DNA of 41,197 nt from Dehalococcoidia bacterium (GCA_963581795.1 CAUZOU010000001.1:1-41197); one strand, 5' to 3'; positions 1-8,158 are shown, counted from the first letter of the stretch. A program made the numbers and translations. The notes: generated from the sequence alone by a model not told the origin.

Positions 1-1
1 C

Positions 2-229
2 CTTGTGCAGGATGGCGGAGAGAAGACTCTGGGAAGAGCATTTGACAGTGCCTGGGAGGCCAGGGACAGATGGCTCCAGAACAAGATAACCGCGCCCTCG
101 TCAAACCAGATGGTGGACATCCCAACTACCGCTGAAACAATGGGGGGAATGCTCATGGGCGACAGGGCCGCCGGGCGCATCAAGGAAATGCTGGACTGGC
201 ACAAGGAAGACAAGAAAGAAGAGGATTAG
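2..229 (+). CDS. 3' end of a CDS that starts upstream of the window; product unassigned (its position in front of aroA would suit a prephenate dehydrogenase-type gene, unproven)
   Basis: The frame is open from the window edge to TAG 227-229, 8 nt before the aroA start. The 74 aa seen carry no diagnostic motif. Confidence 0.3.
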   Translation, partial: LVQDGGEKTLGRAFDSAWEARDRWLQNKITAPSSNQMVDIPTTAETMGGMLMGDRAAGRIKEMLDWHKEDKKEED

Positions 230-237
230 GGTATCTC

Positions 238-1548
238 ATGAAAAGGTCTGTCCACCCAGTGAAAAAGCTGGCCGGCACACTGACTCCTCCGGCAGATAAG
301 TCCGTCTCCCACAGAGCCGCCATCCTCAATAGCCTGGCTCCCGGGGAAGTAGTGATCGACAACTTCTCCGAGGGCGACGATTGCCGATCCACATTACAAT
401 GCCTACGCCTCTTGGGAGTGACCGCTGAGAAAATCACTCCGAAAGAAGACTCGTACGACACACCGAAGTTGAGGCTTTCATCACCGGGGTTGGAGAATTT
501 CCACGAGCCTGATGACATTCTCAACGCTGGAAACAGCGGCACGACCATGCGCTTCATACTTGGGCTACTGGGATCCACTCCCTTTACATCGGTCGTAACG
601 GGAGACCGCTCCCTGCGCACAAGACCAATGGAACGGATAGTACAGCCCCTTCGCCTTATGGGAGCGCATGTCATGGGACGTAGCAACGATTCACTGGCTC
701 CTCTGACAATAAGGGGTGGAGAGCTAACCGGGATGGAGTACACGCTCCCCGTCGCCAGCGCTCAGGTGAAGTCATCCCTTATCATGGCCGCTCTGTTTGC
801 CAATGGCACCACCATGCTGCATCAACCGGCACTCTCCAGAGACCACACGGAGAGAATGCTCTGGGCTATGGGAGCCAACGTAGTAGAGGACGGACTGGTG
901 CTTGTGATCAAACCAGGTTCCAAGCTAAAGCCCCTGAACGTAAATGTGTCCGGGGACATAAGCTCAGCAGCCTTCTGGATGGTCGCAGCCGCCGCTCATC
1001 CAAATGCCAGTGTCAAATTGACCAACGTTGGTGTAAATCCGACCCGCTCCGCAGTGCTGGACATACTGAAGGCAATGGGCGGACGAATACAGGTTGAGAA
1101 CCCACGAATGGAGGGCGGCGAGCCGGTAGCTGACATACTCATCGAATCCAGCGACCTCCATGGTGTGGAGATCGCTGGAGACCAGATTCCAATAGTACAG
1201 GATGAAATCCCGGTGCTTGCTCTGGCCGCCTGCTTTGCAAAAGGCACCACAGTAATTCGAGATGCCCAAGAGTTGCGTATCAAGGAGTCCGACCGGCTAC
1301 AAGCCACTGCCAGAGAGCTGTCGCGTTTGGGAGGCAGAGTTAGAGAACTTCCCGACGGCCTTGCCATAGAGGGCACAGGCTCACTGAAAGGCGGCACATG
1401 CCGTAGCTACGGGGACCATCGCATCGCCATGACACTCGGGGTAGCCGGGCTTCTGGCAGATGAAGAAGTTGTCATCCAAGGCGCCGAAGTTGCAAGCATT
1501 ACCTACCCAAACTTCTGGGAAGACCTGATCACTCTAACCTCTTCATAA
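238..1548 (+). CDS. aroA: 3-phosphoshikimate 1-carboxyvinyltransferase (EPSP synthase)
   Basis: 436-aa ORF with EPSPS signatures: LAGTLTPPADKSVSHRAAIL, LNAGNSGTTMRF, KESDRL and GDHRIAM. Confidence 0.95.
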   Translation: MKRSVHPVKKLAGTLTPPADKSVSHRAAILNSLAPGEVVIDNFSEGDDCRSTLQCLRLLGVTAEKITPKEDSYDTPKLRLSSPGLENFHEPDDILNAGNSGTTMRFILGLLGSTPFTSVVTGDRSLRTRPMERIVQPLRLMGAHVMGRSNDSLAPLTIRGGELTGMEYTLPVASAQVKSSLIMAALFANGTTMLHQPALSRDHTERMLWAMGANVVEDGLVLVIKPGSKLKPLNVNVSGDISSAAFWMVAAAAHPNASVKLTNVGVNPTRSAVLDILKAMGGRIQVENPRMEGGEPVADILIESSDLHGVEIAGDQIPIVQDEIPVLALAACFAKGTTVIRDAQELRIKESDRLQATARELSRLGGRVRELPDGLAIEGTGSLKGGTCRSYGDHRIAMTLGVAGLLADEEVVIQGAEVASITYPNFWEDLITLTSS

Positions 1549-1560
1549 ACAAGGAACACA

Positions 1561-2184
1561 TTGAGACCTACTGAGAGATCAGTTTACGACCAAGCTGGAG
1601 AAGGACCACTGCTAGTGGTGCTATCCGGCCCATCAGGAGTTGGCAAGGACTCCGTTCTGCGGAAGCTAAGGGAGATAGGCCACAATTGGCATTTCACTGT
1701 TACAGCCACCACACGCTCACAAAGGCCTGGGGAAGAAGACGGCGCAGACTATCTGTTCCTGGATAGAGACTCCTTTAACCAGAAGGTGCGCGAGGGAGAT
1801 TTCCTCGAGTGCGCCGAGGTCTACGGCAACTGGTACGGTGTTCCACGTAATCAGGTCGCCAACGCCTTGGATAAGGGACTGGATGTGATAATCAAGGCCG
1901 ACGTCCAAGGTGCAGCCACAATAAAGAAAGCCGTGCCGGACGCCATCTTCATATTTCTAATGCCACCTTCGCCCGAAGAGTTGGAACGCCGTCTGCGGAG
2001 CCGCAAGACCGAAACCACACCAGACCTGGAACTGCGTATACGCACCGCCATGGATGAGCTGTACCAGCTTCCTCTTTTCGACTACGTGATCGTAAATGAC
2101 GATCTGGAATCAGCCGTAAAGAGCATAGACGCCATCGTAACCGCGGAGAAGTGCCGGATACCCTCACGACGCGTACATCTTTAG
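1561..2184 (+). CDS. gmk: guanylate kinase
   Basis: P-loop GPSGVGKDS, TTRSQRPGEEDGADYLF and typical length. TTG start 6 nt after AAGGAA. Confidence 0.93.
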   Translation: MRPTERSVYDQAGEGPLLVVLSGPSGVGKDSVLRKLREIGHNWHFTVTATTRSQRPGEEDGADYLFLDRDSFNQKVREGDFLECAEVYGNWYGVPRNQVANALDKGLDVIIKADVQGAATIKKAVPDAIFIFLMPPSPEELERRLRSRKTETTPDLELRIRTAMDELYQLPLFDYVIVNDDLESAVKSIDAIVTAEKCRIPSRRVHL

Positions 2185-2248
2185 GAGTCAATCCTCACAT
2201 CCAGTATAGTTGCCACCGGCTGACCACTACTTCCAACGTCACCCACGT

Positions 2249-2277
2249 TTGATTTCAACGAAAAATAGAAATAGAAT
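2249..2277 (+). promoter_or_regulatory. sigma-70-type promoter, TTGATT-17 nt-TAGAAT, upstream of the Nudix/GNAT pair
   Basis: Hexamers read directly with a 17-nt spacer, about 35 nt upstream of ATG 2312. Confidence 0.4.
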
Positions 2278-2311
2278 GGTCGGGTTTGATAATCGAGTAT
2301 TTAACAAGACT

Positions 2312-2785
2312 ATGGCTACAAAAACCAAAAACATAGAGTATCCAGTTTCCGCCGGAGGAGTCGTATACAGAATGCAGGATGGGGAAGTCGATGTCGTCAT
2401 CTGTGGGCTGAACTCCTCAAATGGTTGGATCTGGGGACTACCCAAAGGCACTCCTGACCCAGGGGAAACCATGGAAGAAACAGCAATACGTGAAGTTACG
2501 GAAGAAACGGGATTGAAGGTAACCCTGGAAGCTCTCATAGACAGCATTCAATACTGGTTTGTACGTCCAAACGATGGAGTAAGGTGCCACAAAACGGTCT
2601 ACTTCTACCTTATGAATCCGGCGGGAGGCTCCTTTAGCGACCATGACCACGAGTTCGACGAGGTGCGCTGGGCTAGCATCGAAAAGTCCCGCGGTACCTT
2701 GACACACCAAAATGAGATTAACATTCTGGATAAAGCGATTGAGATTGTTTTACAGAGTACCAGAAGAGCAGGGAACAGTGATTAA
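2312..2785 (+). CDS. NUDIX hydrolase
   Basis: Nudix box GLPKGTPDPGETMEETAIREVTEETGL. Start placed at ATG 2312 (MATKTKN) because the longer ORF from 2210 would include the promoter-like site. Confidence 0.85.
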   Translation: MATKTKNIEYPVSAGGVVYRMQDGEVDVVICGLNSSNGWIWGLPKGTPDPGETMEETAIREVTEETGLKVTLEALIDSIQYWFVRPNDGVRCHKTVYFYLMNPAGGSFSDHDHEFDEVRWASIEKSRGTLTHQNEINILDKAIEIVLQSTRRAGNSD

Positions 2786-3341
2786 AGGCCATCTGACAGT
2801 CCTCAGGGAAAAACGTATAGAGGATGCAGCAACGGACTATGAATGGCGTCTCGATGAGGAGCTTGCCGCTCTGGACGCCACAACACCTCTGAGAATGTCC
2901 TATTCCAGCTTCCTCCACCTGATCGAAGACGAGATCAGACACCCAGTCTCTTGGTCAAAGCGGTTCGCCATTGAGACCAACGACGGCAAGCTCATAGGCA
3001 ACTGCATGTACTACGACATAGATAACGTAAAGGGGCAGACAGAGCTTGGTATTCTGATTGGAGACAGGGAGTACTGGAGCAAGGGCTACGGTACGGATGC
3101 CGTGACCACGTTGACAAACCACCTTTTCAACACAACCTCCTTCGGGCGAATATACCTGCACACCCTGACCTGGAACCTGAGGGCTCAGAAGTCATTCAGA
3201 AAATGCGGGTTTGTGCCAGTTAAAGAGGACCGACGCGGCGGGTACGACTTCATCCTCATGGAGTTGATGAAAGAAAGATGGGAAGGACTCCTAAGCGGCA
3301 ACATCTTTCTGGAAGAGGACGACAAGGAAAACGGCGAGTAG
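2778..3341 (+). CDS. GNAT family N-acetyltransferase (RimJ/RimL-like)
   Basis: Acetyltransferase core GILIGDREYWSKGYGTDAV ... LRAQKSFRKCGF. GTG 2778 is in frame and overlaps the Nudix stop by 8 nt; the ORF-track start at 2712 would overlap 74 nt. Confidence 0.8.
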   Translation: MIKGHLTVLREKRIEDAATDYEWRLDEELAALDATTPLRMSYSSFLHLIEDEIRHPVSWSKRFAIETNDGKLIGNCMYYDIDNVKGQTELGILIGDREYWSKGYGTDAVTTLTNHLFNTTSFGRIYLHTLTWNLRAQKSFRKCGFVPVKEDRRGGYDFILMELMKERWEGLLSGNIFLEEDDKENGE

Positions 3342-3391
3342 AGCACCGCGGTTGCTCGTGAGCGCCCCTTCTACATTTGCTCGCAGTTAGG

Positions 3392-3397
3392 TATAAT
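3392..3397 (+). promoter_or_regulatory. TATAAT -10 box, candidate promoter of the tRNA cluster
   Basis: GGTATAATCC lies about 85 nt upstream of tRNA-Arg(CCT). There is no convincing -35. Confidence 0.3.
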
Positions 3398-3481
3398 CCT
3401 CATGGAATTTCAAGACCTCACACGTTTAAAGCTGGACTCGGAGCTCATGGTCATTTAACATAGGCTTGGGACTGTTCCCGC

Positions 3482-3557
3482 GCCCCTGTAGCTCAGGCGG
3501 ATAGAGCAGCGGTTTCCTAAACCGCGTGCCCCGGTTCGAGTCCGGGCAGGGGCACCA
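3482..3557 (+). tRNA. tRNA-Arg(CCT)
   Basis: Manual cloverleaf: acceptor GCCCCTG/CAGGGGC, anticodon stem GCGGT/ACCGC, loop TTCCTAA, T arm CCCGG-TTCGAGT-CCGGG, encoded CCA. Confidence 0.92.
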
Positions 3558-3585
3558 TAGATGAGGTCTCAAGCATCAAACGGAT

Positions 3586-3661
<76 letters not shown>

Positions 3662-3675
3662 AAATAAGGTGCCAT

Positions 3676-3762
3676 GCCGAGGTGGTGGAATAGGTAGACA
3701 CGCGGTCTTGAGGGGGCCGTGGGTGCAAACCCGTAGGAGTTCAAATCTCCTCCTCGGCACCA
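3676..3762 (+). tRNA. tRNA-Leu(GAG), type II with long variable arm
   Basis: Acceptor GCCGAGG/CCTCGGC, anticodon stem CGGTC/GGCCG with loop TTGAGGG, long variable arm, T loop TTCAAAT, encoded CCA. Confidence 0.9.
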
Positions 3763-3766
3763 AAAG

Positions 3767-3775
3767 TGTTATAAT
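3767..3775 (+). promoter_or_regulatory. extended -10 (TGTTATAAT) inside the tRNA cluster, 12 nt upstream of tRNA-Cys
   Basis: The TGnTATAAT motif is read directly. It would give an almost leaderless tRNA-Cys primary transcript. Confidence 0.3.
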
Positions 3776-3786
3776 ACCCAACCTGA

Positions 3787-3862
3787 GGCGACGTAGCCAA
3801 GTGGTTAAGGCGGAGCTCTGCAAAAGCTCTATTCGGCGGTTCGAATCCGCCCGTCGCCTCCA
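3787..3862 (+). tRNA. tRNA-Cys(GCA)
   Basis: Acceptor GGCGACG/CGTCGCC, anticodon stem GAGCT/AGCTC with loop CTGCAAA, T arm GGCGG-TTCGAAT-CCGCC, encoded CCA. Confidence 0.92.
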
Positions 3863-3930
3863 AATACGAATCAACGGCAGAGAGGGACGCTTCTCCTGCG
3901 TCTGCCCTTCTGCTTCTACACTGACTACGG

Positions 3931-4017
3931 GCCCAGGTGGCGAAAGGGCAGACGCGGCGGACTTAAAATCCGCTCCCCGTTTAGGGGGTGTGGGTTCGAA
4001 TCCCTCCCTGGGCACCA
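3931..4017 (+). tRNA. tRNA-Leu(TAA), type II
   Basis: Acceptor GCCCAGG/CCTGGGC, anticodon stem GCGGA/TCCGC with loop CTTAAAA, long variable arm, T loop TTCGAAT, encoded CCA. Confidence 0.92.
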
Positions 4018-4020
4018 CAG
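4007..4020 (+). repeat. 3' end of tRNA-Leu(TAA); left copy of an att-like direct repeat (CCTGGGCAC-CACA)
   Basis: CCTGGGCAC recurs exactly at 8406-8414. After one extra T there, CACA also matches. Confidence 0.35.
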
Positions 4021-4216
4021 CTACTCTACGCTCAGCTATGATTGATCTACCCCACCCCGCATTGTTAACACTTTCGGCCTGGGTGTTAACAGCAGTGTTC
4101 ACAAGTTCTTCGTATTTGTGCCTAAGAGCATCAGGCCATTTTCTCTTACCGTTGATTAGCATACTTAGGTAAGAAGGTGTTACTCCTAGGATTACAGCTT
4201 GCTTTCTTAAGGACAT
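4018..4216 (-). pseudogene. helix-turn-helix (XRE/Cro-like) gene remnant abutting tRNA-Leu
   Basis: MSLRKQAVILGVTPSYLSMLINGKRKW is HTH-like, and GGAGA lies 6 nt upstream of ATG 4216. The frame has no stop before it runs antisense through the tRNA cluster, so the native C-terminus appears lost. Confidence 0.4.
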
Positions 4217-4597
4217 TGGATTCTCCAATCTTGTTTCTCTGCCATACCCCAGAGGTGTTCACAACTTTTATCGGTTCCCAACATCATACCTCCGATATTA
4301 GTTGCTAGAGCTCTAAGAATATTGACAGTGTGCTGACTCCCTCTCCATATCAGATTATCCGTAAGAAATCGTATTTATATATAGTAATTGGTAAGGTGGT
4401 GGGGAGTGTGACCACACAGCGTCAAAATATTTTGAGCTACTAACCAAAGCCAGGTTTCTCGCTCTTGGGTTTACACTTGTTAGCCAAATGTGAGGTTGCC
4501 AAGAGAGAAACAGATGCCTTGAATGTGTCGTTTTTGCACACAACGGTAAGCGGCTGTTTCTGGGCATGACGCATGTTGCTGCGAGCACAGCCCATCG

Positions 4598-4647
4598 CGG
4601 GTTATAATGGATATAGGATTCTATGTGGGCGATGAGATGAAGCTGAA
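4598..4647 (+). repeat. cassette copy 1: CGGGTTATAATGG promoter-like box plus shared leader/start GGGCGATGAGATGAAGCTGAA
   Basis: The 13-nt box is identical at 6138-6150 and 6839-6851. The 21-nt start segment recurs at 6850-6870 with one mismatch. Confidence 0.6.
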
Positions 4648-5035
4648 AGCCATATCGACACTGCTACTACTAGCCACCTTTATGTTGTTACTGGTGGCTT
4701 GTAATAATAGTTCATCCACTACCTACTATGTCGAGAGAGGAAATGCCTACTTTGAGCAGGGTAATTACCAGAAAGCGATACAAGACTACGACGAAGCCAT
4801 CCGACTAGACCCGCAGTATGCGCAGTATGCCGATGCCTACATCGCCAGGGGTGTTGCATACTACAACCTTGGCCAGTACAAGCAAGCCATACAGGACTAC
4901 GACGAAGCCATACGTCTCGACCCGCAGTATGCCGATGCCTACTACGGCAGGGGTCAGGCATACGAGGCACTCGGTAAGACAATAGAAGCAGAACGCGACT
5001 TCCAGAAGGCCAAGGAATTCGGATATAACCCCTAG
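4637..5035 (+). CDS. TPR-repeat lipoprotein
   Basis: Signal peptide with lipobox MKLKAISTLLLLATFMLLLVAC. Repeated TPR units AIQDYDEAIRLDPQYA. Start moved to ATG 4637; the ATG at 4607 lies inside the TATAAT box. Confidence 0.8.
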   Translation: MKLKAISTLLLLATFMLLLVACNNSSSTTYYVERGNAYFEQGNYQKAIQDYDEAIRLDPQYAQYADAYIARGVAYYNLGQYKQAIQDYDEAIRLDPQYADAYYGRGQAYEALGKTIEAERDFQKAKEFGYNP

Positions 5036-5073
5036 GTCATACTGCCACCAGAGGCAGGGTTTTGCGGAATAGA
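5029..5073 (+). repeat. 3'-flank repeat, copy A (CCCCTAGG..GCC.CCAGAGGCAGG..TGCGGA)
   Basis: Recognisably similar to 5563-5608. Both start at the last codons of a TPR ORF. Confidence 0.55.
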
Positions 5074-5114
5074 GCATAACGGCCAGGAGTCCCATGCGGG
5101 ATTGGGGGTACGTA

Positions 5115-5569
5115 ATGCAGTGTCCTACATGCGGTAACGACAACGAAGGGGATGCAAACTCTTGATAGGGTGTGGTGCATCTCTGAGTGCTTCTACACCT
5201 ATTGGTGTCGGAGCAGCGTCGTCTGAACCGCCTACGGGCAGCTTTCCTAAGACAATCAAGACAATTCACCATCGTCAGATTAAGCCATGGATGTGGATTG
5301 TATTTGTTGTGGGGCTGCTATGGTTTGCCTTTGGATATTTTTATACGCTGGATAGCTATGAAGACTGGGGACAGGTTGGAAGGGGAGATTCTTTTGCTGA
5401 AGAGGGCCAATACGATATGGCCATAGAGGAGTACGACGAGGCCATACGCCTCGAACGGTATCACCCAGAGGACTACTACAAAAGGGGCTTAGCTTACGAG
5501 GCAATCGGTAAGACAAAAGAAGCAGAGCGGGATTTCGCGGAGGCCAAAGAACTCGGATACGACCCCTAG
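5115..5569 (+). pseudogene. zinc-ribbon / TM helix / TPR protein gene interrupted by a frameshift
   Basis: ATG 5115 encodes MQCPTCGNDNEGDANS and stops at TGA 5163-5165. The ribbon continues in another frame from 5162 as LIGCGASLSAS, then a TM helix (WMWIVFVVGLLWFAFGYFY) and a TPR unit paralogous to the 4637 gene. Confidence 0.6.
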
Positions 5570-5608
5570 GCTATGTTGCCCCCCAGAGGCAGGCTCATGC
5601 GGAGTGAT
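5563..5608 (+). repeat. 3'-flank repeat, copy B
   Basis: Paralogous to 5029-5073, offset by about 534 nt. Confidence 0.55.
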
Positions 5609-5759
5609 TGTACCTAATCCCCAATGGTGCTCATGGCCGGTTAGGTACAACGGGGAGCATCGGTATATATCTTCCCCATGCCTACTGTGTCATCCGGCTT
5701 GCGGTGGTGACTTCTAGCTTTGCATCGGCACTGTAGTGAATTACAGGTTTTAACTGGGC

Positions 5760-5778
5760 TTTGCAAGCAGTGGGTCAG
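5760..5778 (+). repeat. TTTGCAAGCAGTGGGTCAG, copy 1 of a 19-nt direct repeat
   Basis: Recurs at 8315-8333 with one mismatch (T/G). Confidence 0.5.
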
Positions 5779-5869
5779 GGGTGGGTTGATGTTGTGGTAG
5801 AGGGGTAGGGCTTGGAGGATTAGTCATCTTAGGGTAGATATGCATGACAGTTTAATTTCTACAAAAGGG

Positions 5870-6034
5870 TTACCTCAGTTTTCTTTTGTCCATCCTACGT
5901 AAAGCTGAAAAAACACCTATAACGATAACAGCAGTAATACCCACAGAAGGAACAACATTCCCAGTCTGGGTATATAGAACCCAAAACACTACATTGATGA
6001 ATGCCCCAGCAATGCAACCACTGATTAATTTCAT
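5870..6034 (-). CDS. candidate small (54 aa) two-helix membrane protein, not in the ORF track
   Basis: MKLISGCIAGAFINVVFWVLYTQTGNVVPSVGITAVIVIGVFSALRRMDKRKLR has two hydrophobic segments and a basic tail. TAATAT lies 6 nt upstream of the ATG, and an in-frame stop just upstream fixes the start. Confidence 0.3.
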   Translation of the reverse strand: MKLISGCIAGAFINVVFWVLYTQTGNVVPSVGITAVIVIGVFSALRRMDKRKLR

Positions 6035-6080
6035 AGATATATATTACCATGACAAAATATACACAAGCCGCCCAGTCCAA

Positions 6081-6195
6081 GCAGCATCCACGCCCGCTCC
6101 CTACACAACCACCACATGCACTACGGCATCCCCCTGACGGGTTATAATGGTGGAAGAGTTCAATAAGGCTAGGATGGGACATTGGGAATCTAACC
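6081..6195 (+). repeat. cassette copy 2: about 70-nt upstream segment ending in CGGGTTATAATGG, then an about 45-nt leader element (GTGGAAG..CAATAAGGCTAGGA..CATTGGGAAT)
   Basis: 6081-6150 aligns without gaps to 6782-6851, about three quarters identical by eye. 6150-6195 resembles 8262-8306. Confidence 0.6.
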
Positions 6196-6222
6196 TTACC
6201 CTCTCTGATAAGAGGAGCAACA

Positions 6223-6774
6223 ATGAAATGCCCACGATGCGATAACGATAATCCAGAAGATGCTCGATTCTGTGGAGTTTGTGGAACTTCTTTTGGTGCG
6301 TATACAGCAGGCGATACAACTTCTCATGGAAGGGTAAGTTTCCCTGATGCCATCAGACTCGGTTTTCAACATTGTTTTGATTTCAGGAGTAGGTCTACAC
6401 GGGCTGAATATTGGTGGTTTTCTTTGTTTGCCATACTTGCCAGCGTGATATTGAGTGTTGTAGACATGATGATAGGCACATATGACTGGGAGACCGGGAA
6501 TGGCTTGATTAGCGGGTTGTTCGGTCTGGGTATATTAATCCCCGGACTGGCATTGGGAGCCAGAAGGCTACACGACATCAACAGGACTGGTTGGTGGCAG
6601 CTAATGGGGATTGGTCTCATTTTGGTGAGTACTGGATATTGGTTAGGTATCCCTTTGTTTATTGGGTCCATAGTTCTGATTGTGTGGGCAATCAAGCCAA
6701 GCGATGAGGGAACAAACAAGCACGGCCCAGCCCCGCGACACCCTACCTCACAACAGCCTTATAAGCCTTCATAG
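6223..6774 (+). CDS. zinc-ribbon plus DUF805-family membrane protein
   Basis: N-terminal MKCPRCDNDNPEDARFCGVCG. DUF805 signatures RSTRAEYWWFSLF and GARRLHDINRTGWW. Several TM helices. Confidence 0.85.
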   Translation: MKCPRCDNDNPEDARFCGVCGTSFGAYTAGDTTSHGRVSFPDAIRLGFQHCFDFRSRSTRAEYWWFSLFAILASVILSVVDMMIGTYDWETGNGLISGLFGLGILIPGLALGARRLHDINRTGWWQLMGIGLILVSTGYWLGIPLFIGSIVLIVWAIKPSDEGTNKHGPAPRHPTSQQPYKPS

Positions 6775-6781
6775 CATCTTC

Positions 6782-6870
6782 GCAACATCCACGCCCCAAG
6801 CCTTCCACAACAGCCCCTGCCCTGCGGCATTGCCCTGACGGGTTATAATGGGCGATGAGATGAACCTGAA
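6782..6870 (+). repeat. cassette copy 3: about 70-nt upstream segment, CGGGTTATAATGG, and shared start GGGCGATGAGATGAACCTGAA
   Basis: See copies 1 and 2. TATAAT (6844-6849) ends 10 nt before ATG 6860. Confidence 0.6.
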
Positions 6871-8158
6871 GTCCATACCGCTACTGCTGCTACTGCCAGC
6901 ACTTATTGTGTTGCTGGTAGCTTGTGGTGGGAATAATCAGCCGCTAGCAGTGGCTACCCCTACCCCTACATCTACATCACCTCAGGTACTTCCCACTGCT
7001 ACGCCAATACAAAGCCCAACCCCAACTCAGGTACAATCCACTGCTACGCCAATGCCTACGGCTACTCAGGTGCCACTAACTCCTACACCTACCATCACTG
7101 CTAAAGAAAAGTTACTCAGCATGGGGTACAACGTGCCGATAGTCGGATCCGTAGATGAGGCAAGGCAAGAATACGTAGCTAGTTTAGACATACCCGAAAA
7201 ATACAGACAGAGATTTATCGAAGTCCAGGAGAATTTAAACAGTGTGTTGGGCGGATATCCCAATTACATATATTTCGCTTACAACAGAAACGGCACAGAA
7301 GAGGATGCAAAACCAGTCTTTGAACGAATGGCACAGCTCAGCCCCTCTGAAGAATGGACAATAGCCGAATTAATTAAAAACCAATCATGCTTAAGTGGAG
7401 CGAACCCAGGAGGGGCGCGAACTGCAACCACAAACCCATATAGTATTTGTCTTGAAAACTTAGCTTTCATCGAAAGTCCCTGGTCTGAAGAGATAGAGCA
7501 TCCGTATAGAAGTGACATCAAAATGGCTCTTCATTTAGCTCACGAGTATTTCCATCACTACCAAAGAGTACACGCCCTAGATCGAGGTTTGGATTATCAG
7601 CGCGATCGAAATAATCCTGAAACAACAGTACAGGCTCCACGCTGGTGGATCGAAGGGGCAGCAGTCACGTTCCAAAATGCATGGTTCAGAGAGAATTGGC
7701 AATCTTTACAGGAACTAAAGGGTCTAACATTAGAACAAGCACTATCCGCCAGCATAGCTAATGTAACTAACTCTCGGGTATATAAGGAAAATAGAAGCAA
7801 CATAATGGGGTACGGAGATTCAGAAGTATGCACGCCAGACTGGTACATGTCCGATTTAGAAAACACATATGACACCGCTTCTGGATGTGGTGTCGCTATT
7901 ATGGCCACACCATACCTAGCTTATATAACTTCCTATAAGACTGTATGGATTAATATACCACAAGATTATTATGACTTAGGATTTTGGGGTTCAGTAGAAA
8001 AACATGCAGGAATGACGAAGCAGGAGTTTTTCGACTCCTATAATGAATTCTTGCGAACTGGTGACCCAGATGATGAACCCCCTGATGGGTGGGCACCACC
8101 AGAGAATTACATATCGGAATATGCCGATTTCCTGAAGATAGTGCCTGAGTCTGACTAA
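6860..8158 (+). CDS. lipoprotein with Pro/Thr-rich linker and gluzincin-type (peptidase MA-like) metalloprotease domain
   Basis: Lipobox MNLKSIPLLLLLPALIVLLVAC, a P/T linker, the HExxH motif in LAHEYFHHYQ, and a downstream WWIEGAAV that could supply the Glu ligand. Confidence 0.75.
   Translation: MNLKSIPLLLLLPALIVLLVACGGNNQPLAVATPTPTSTSPQVLPTATPIQSPTPTQVQSTATPMPTATQVPLTPTPTITAKEKLLSMGYNVPIVGSVDEARQEYVASLDIPEKYRQRFIEVQENLNSVLGGYPNYIYFAYNRNGTEEDAKPVFERMAQLSPSEEWTIAELIKNQSCLSGANPGGARTATTNPYSICLENLAFIESPWSEEIEHPYRSDIKMALHLAHEYFHHYQRVHALDRGLDYQRDRNNPETTVQAPRWWIEGAAVTFQNAWFRENWQSLQELKGLTLEQALSASIANVTNSRVYKENRSNIMGYGDSEVCTPDWYMSDLENTYDTASGCGVAIMATPYLAYITSYKTVWINIPQDYYDLGFWGSVEKHAGMTKQEFFDSYNEFLRTGDPDDEPPDGWAPPENYISEYADFLKIVPESD

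Noticed and set aside
3669-4172. 167-aa plus-strand ORF across the tRNA cluster
   Set aside because: It is read straight through tRNA-Leu, tRNA-Cys and tRNA-Leu, so it is an artefact of GC-rich structured RNA genes.
5886-6182. 83-aa plus-strand and 95-aa minus-strand ORFs in the islet spacer
   Set aside because: Both are low-complexity (T/P-rich or Cys-rich) translations of a repeat-containing AT-rich spacer. No RBS or motif is present, and the shorter hydrophobic ORF in a third frame is more plausible.
6950-7090. Short direct repeats that could suggest a CRISPR or tandem array
   Set aside because: They lie inside a continuous ORF and encode a Pro/Thr-rich linker. There is no regular repeat-spacer periodicity.
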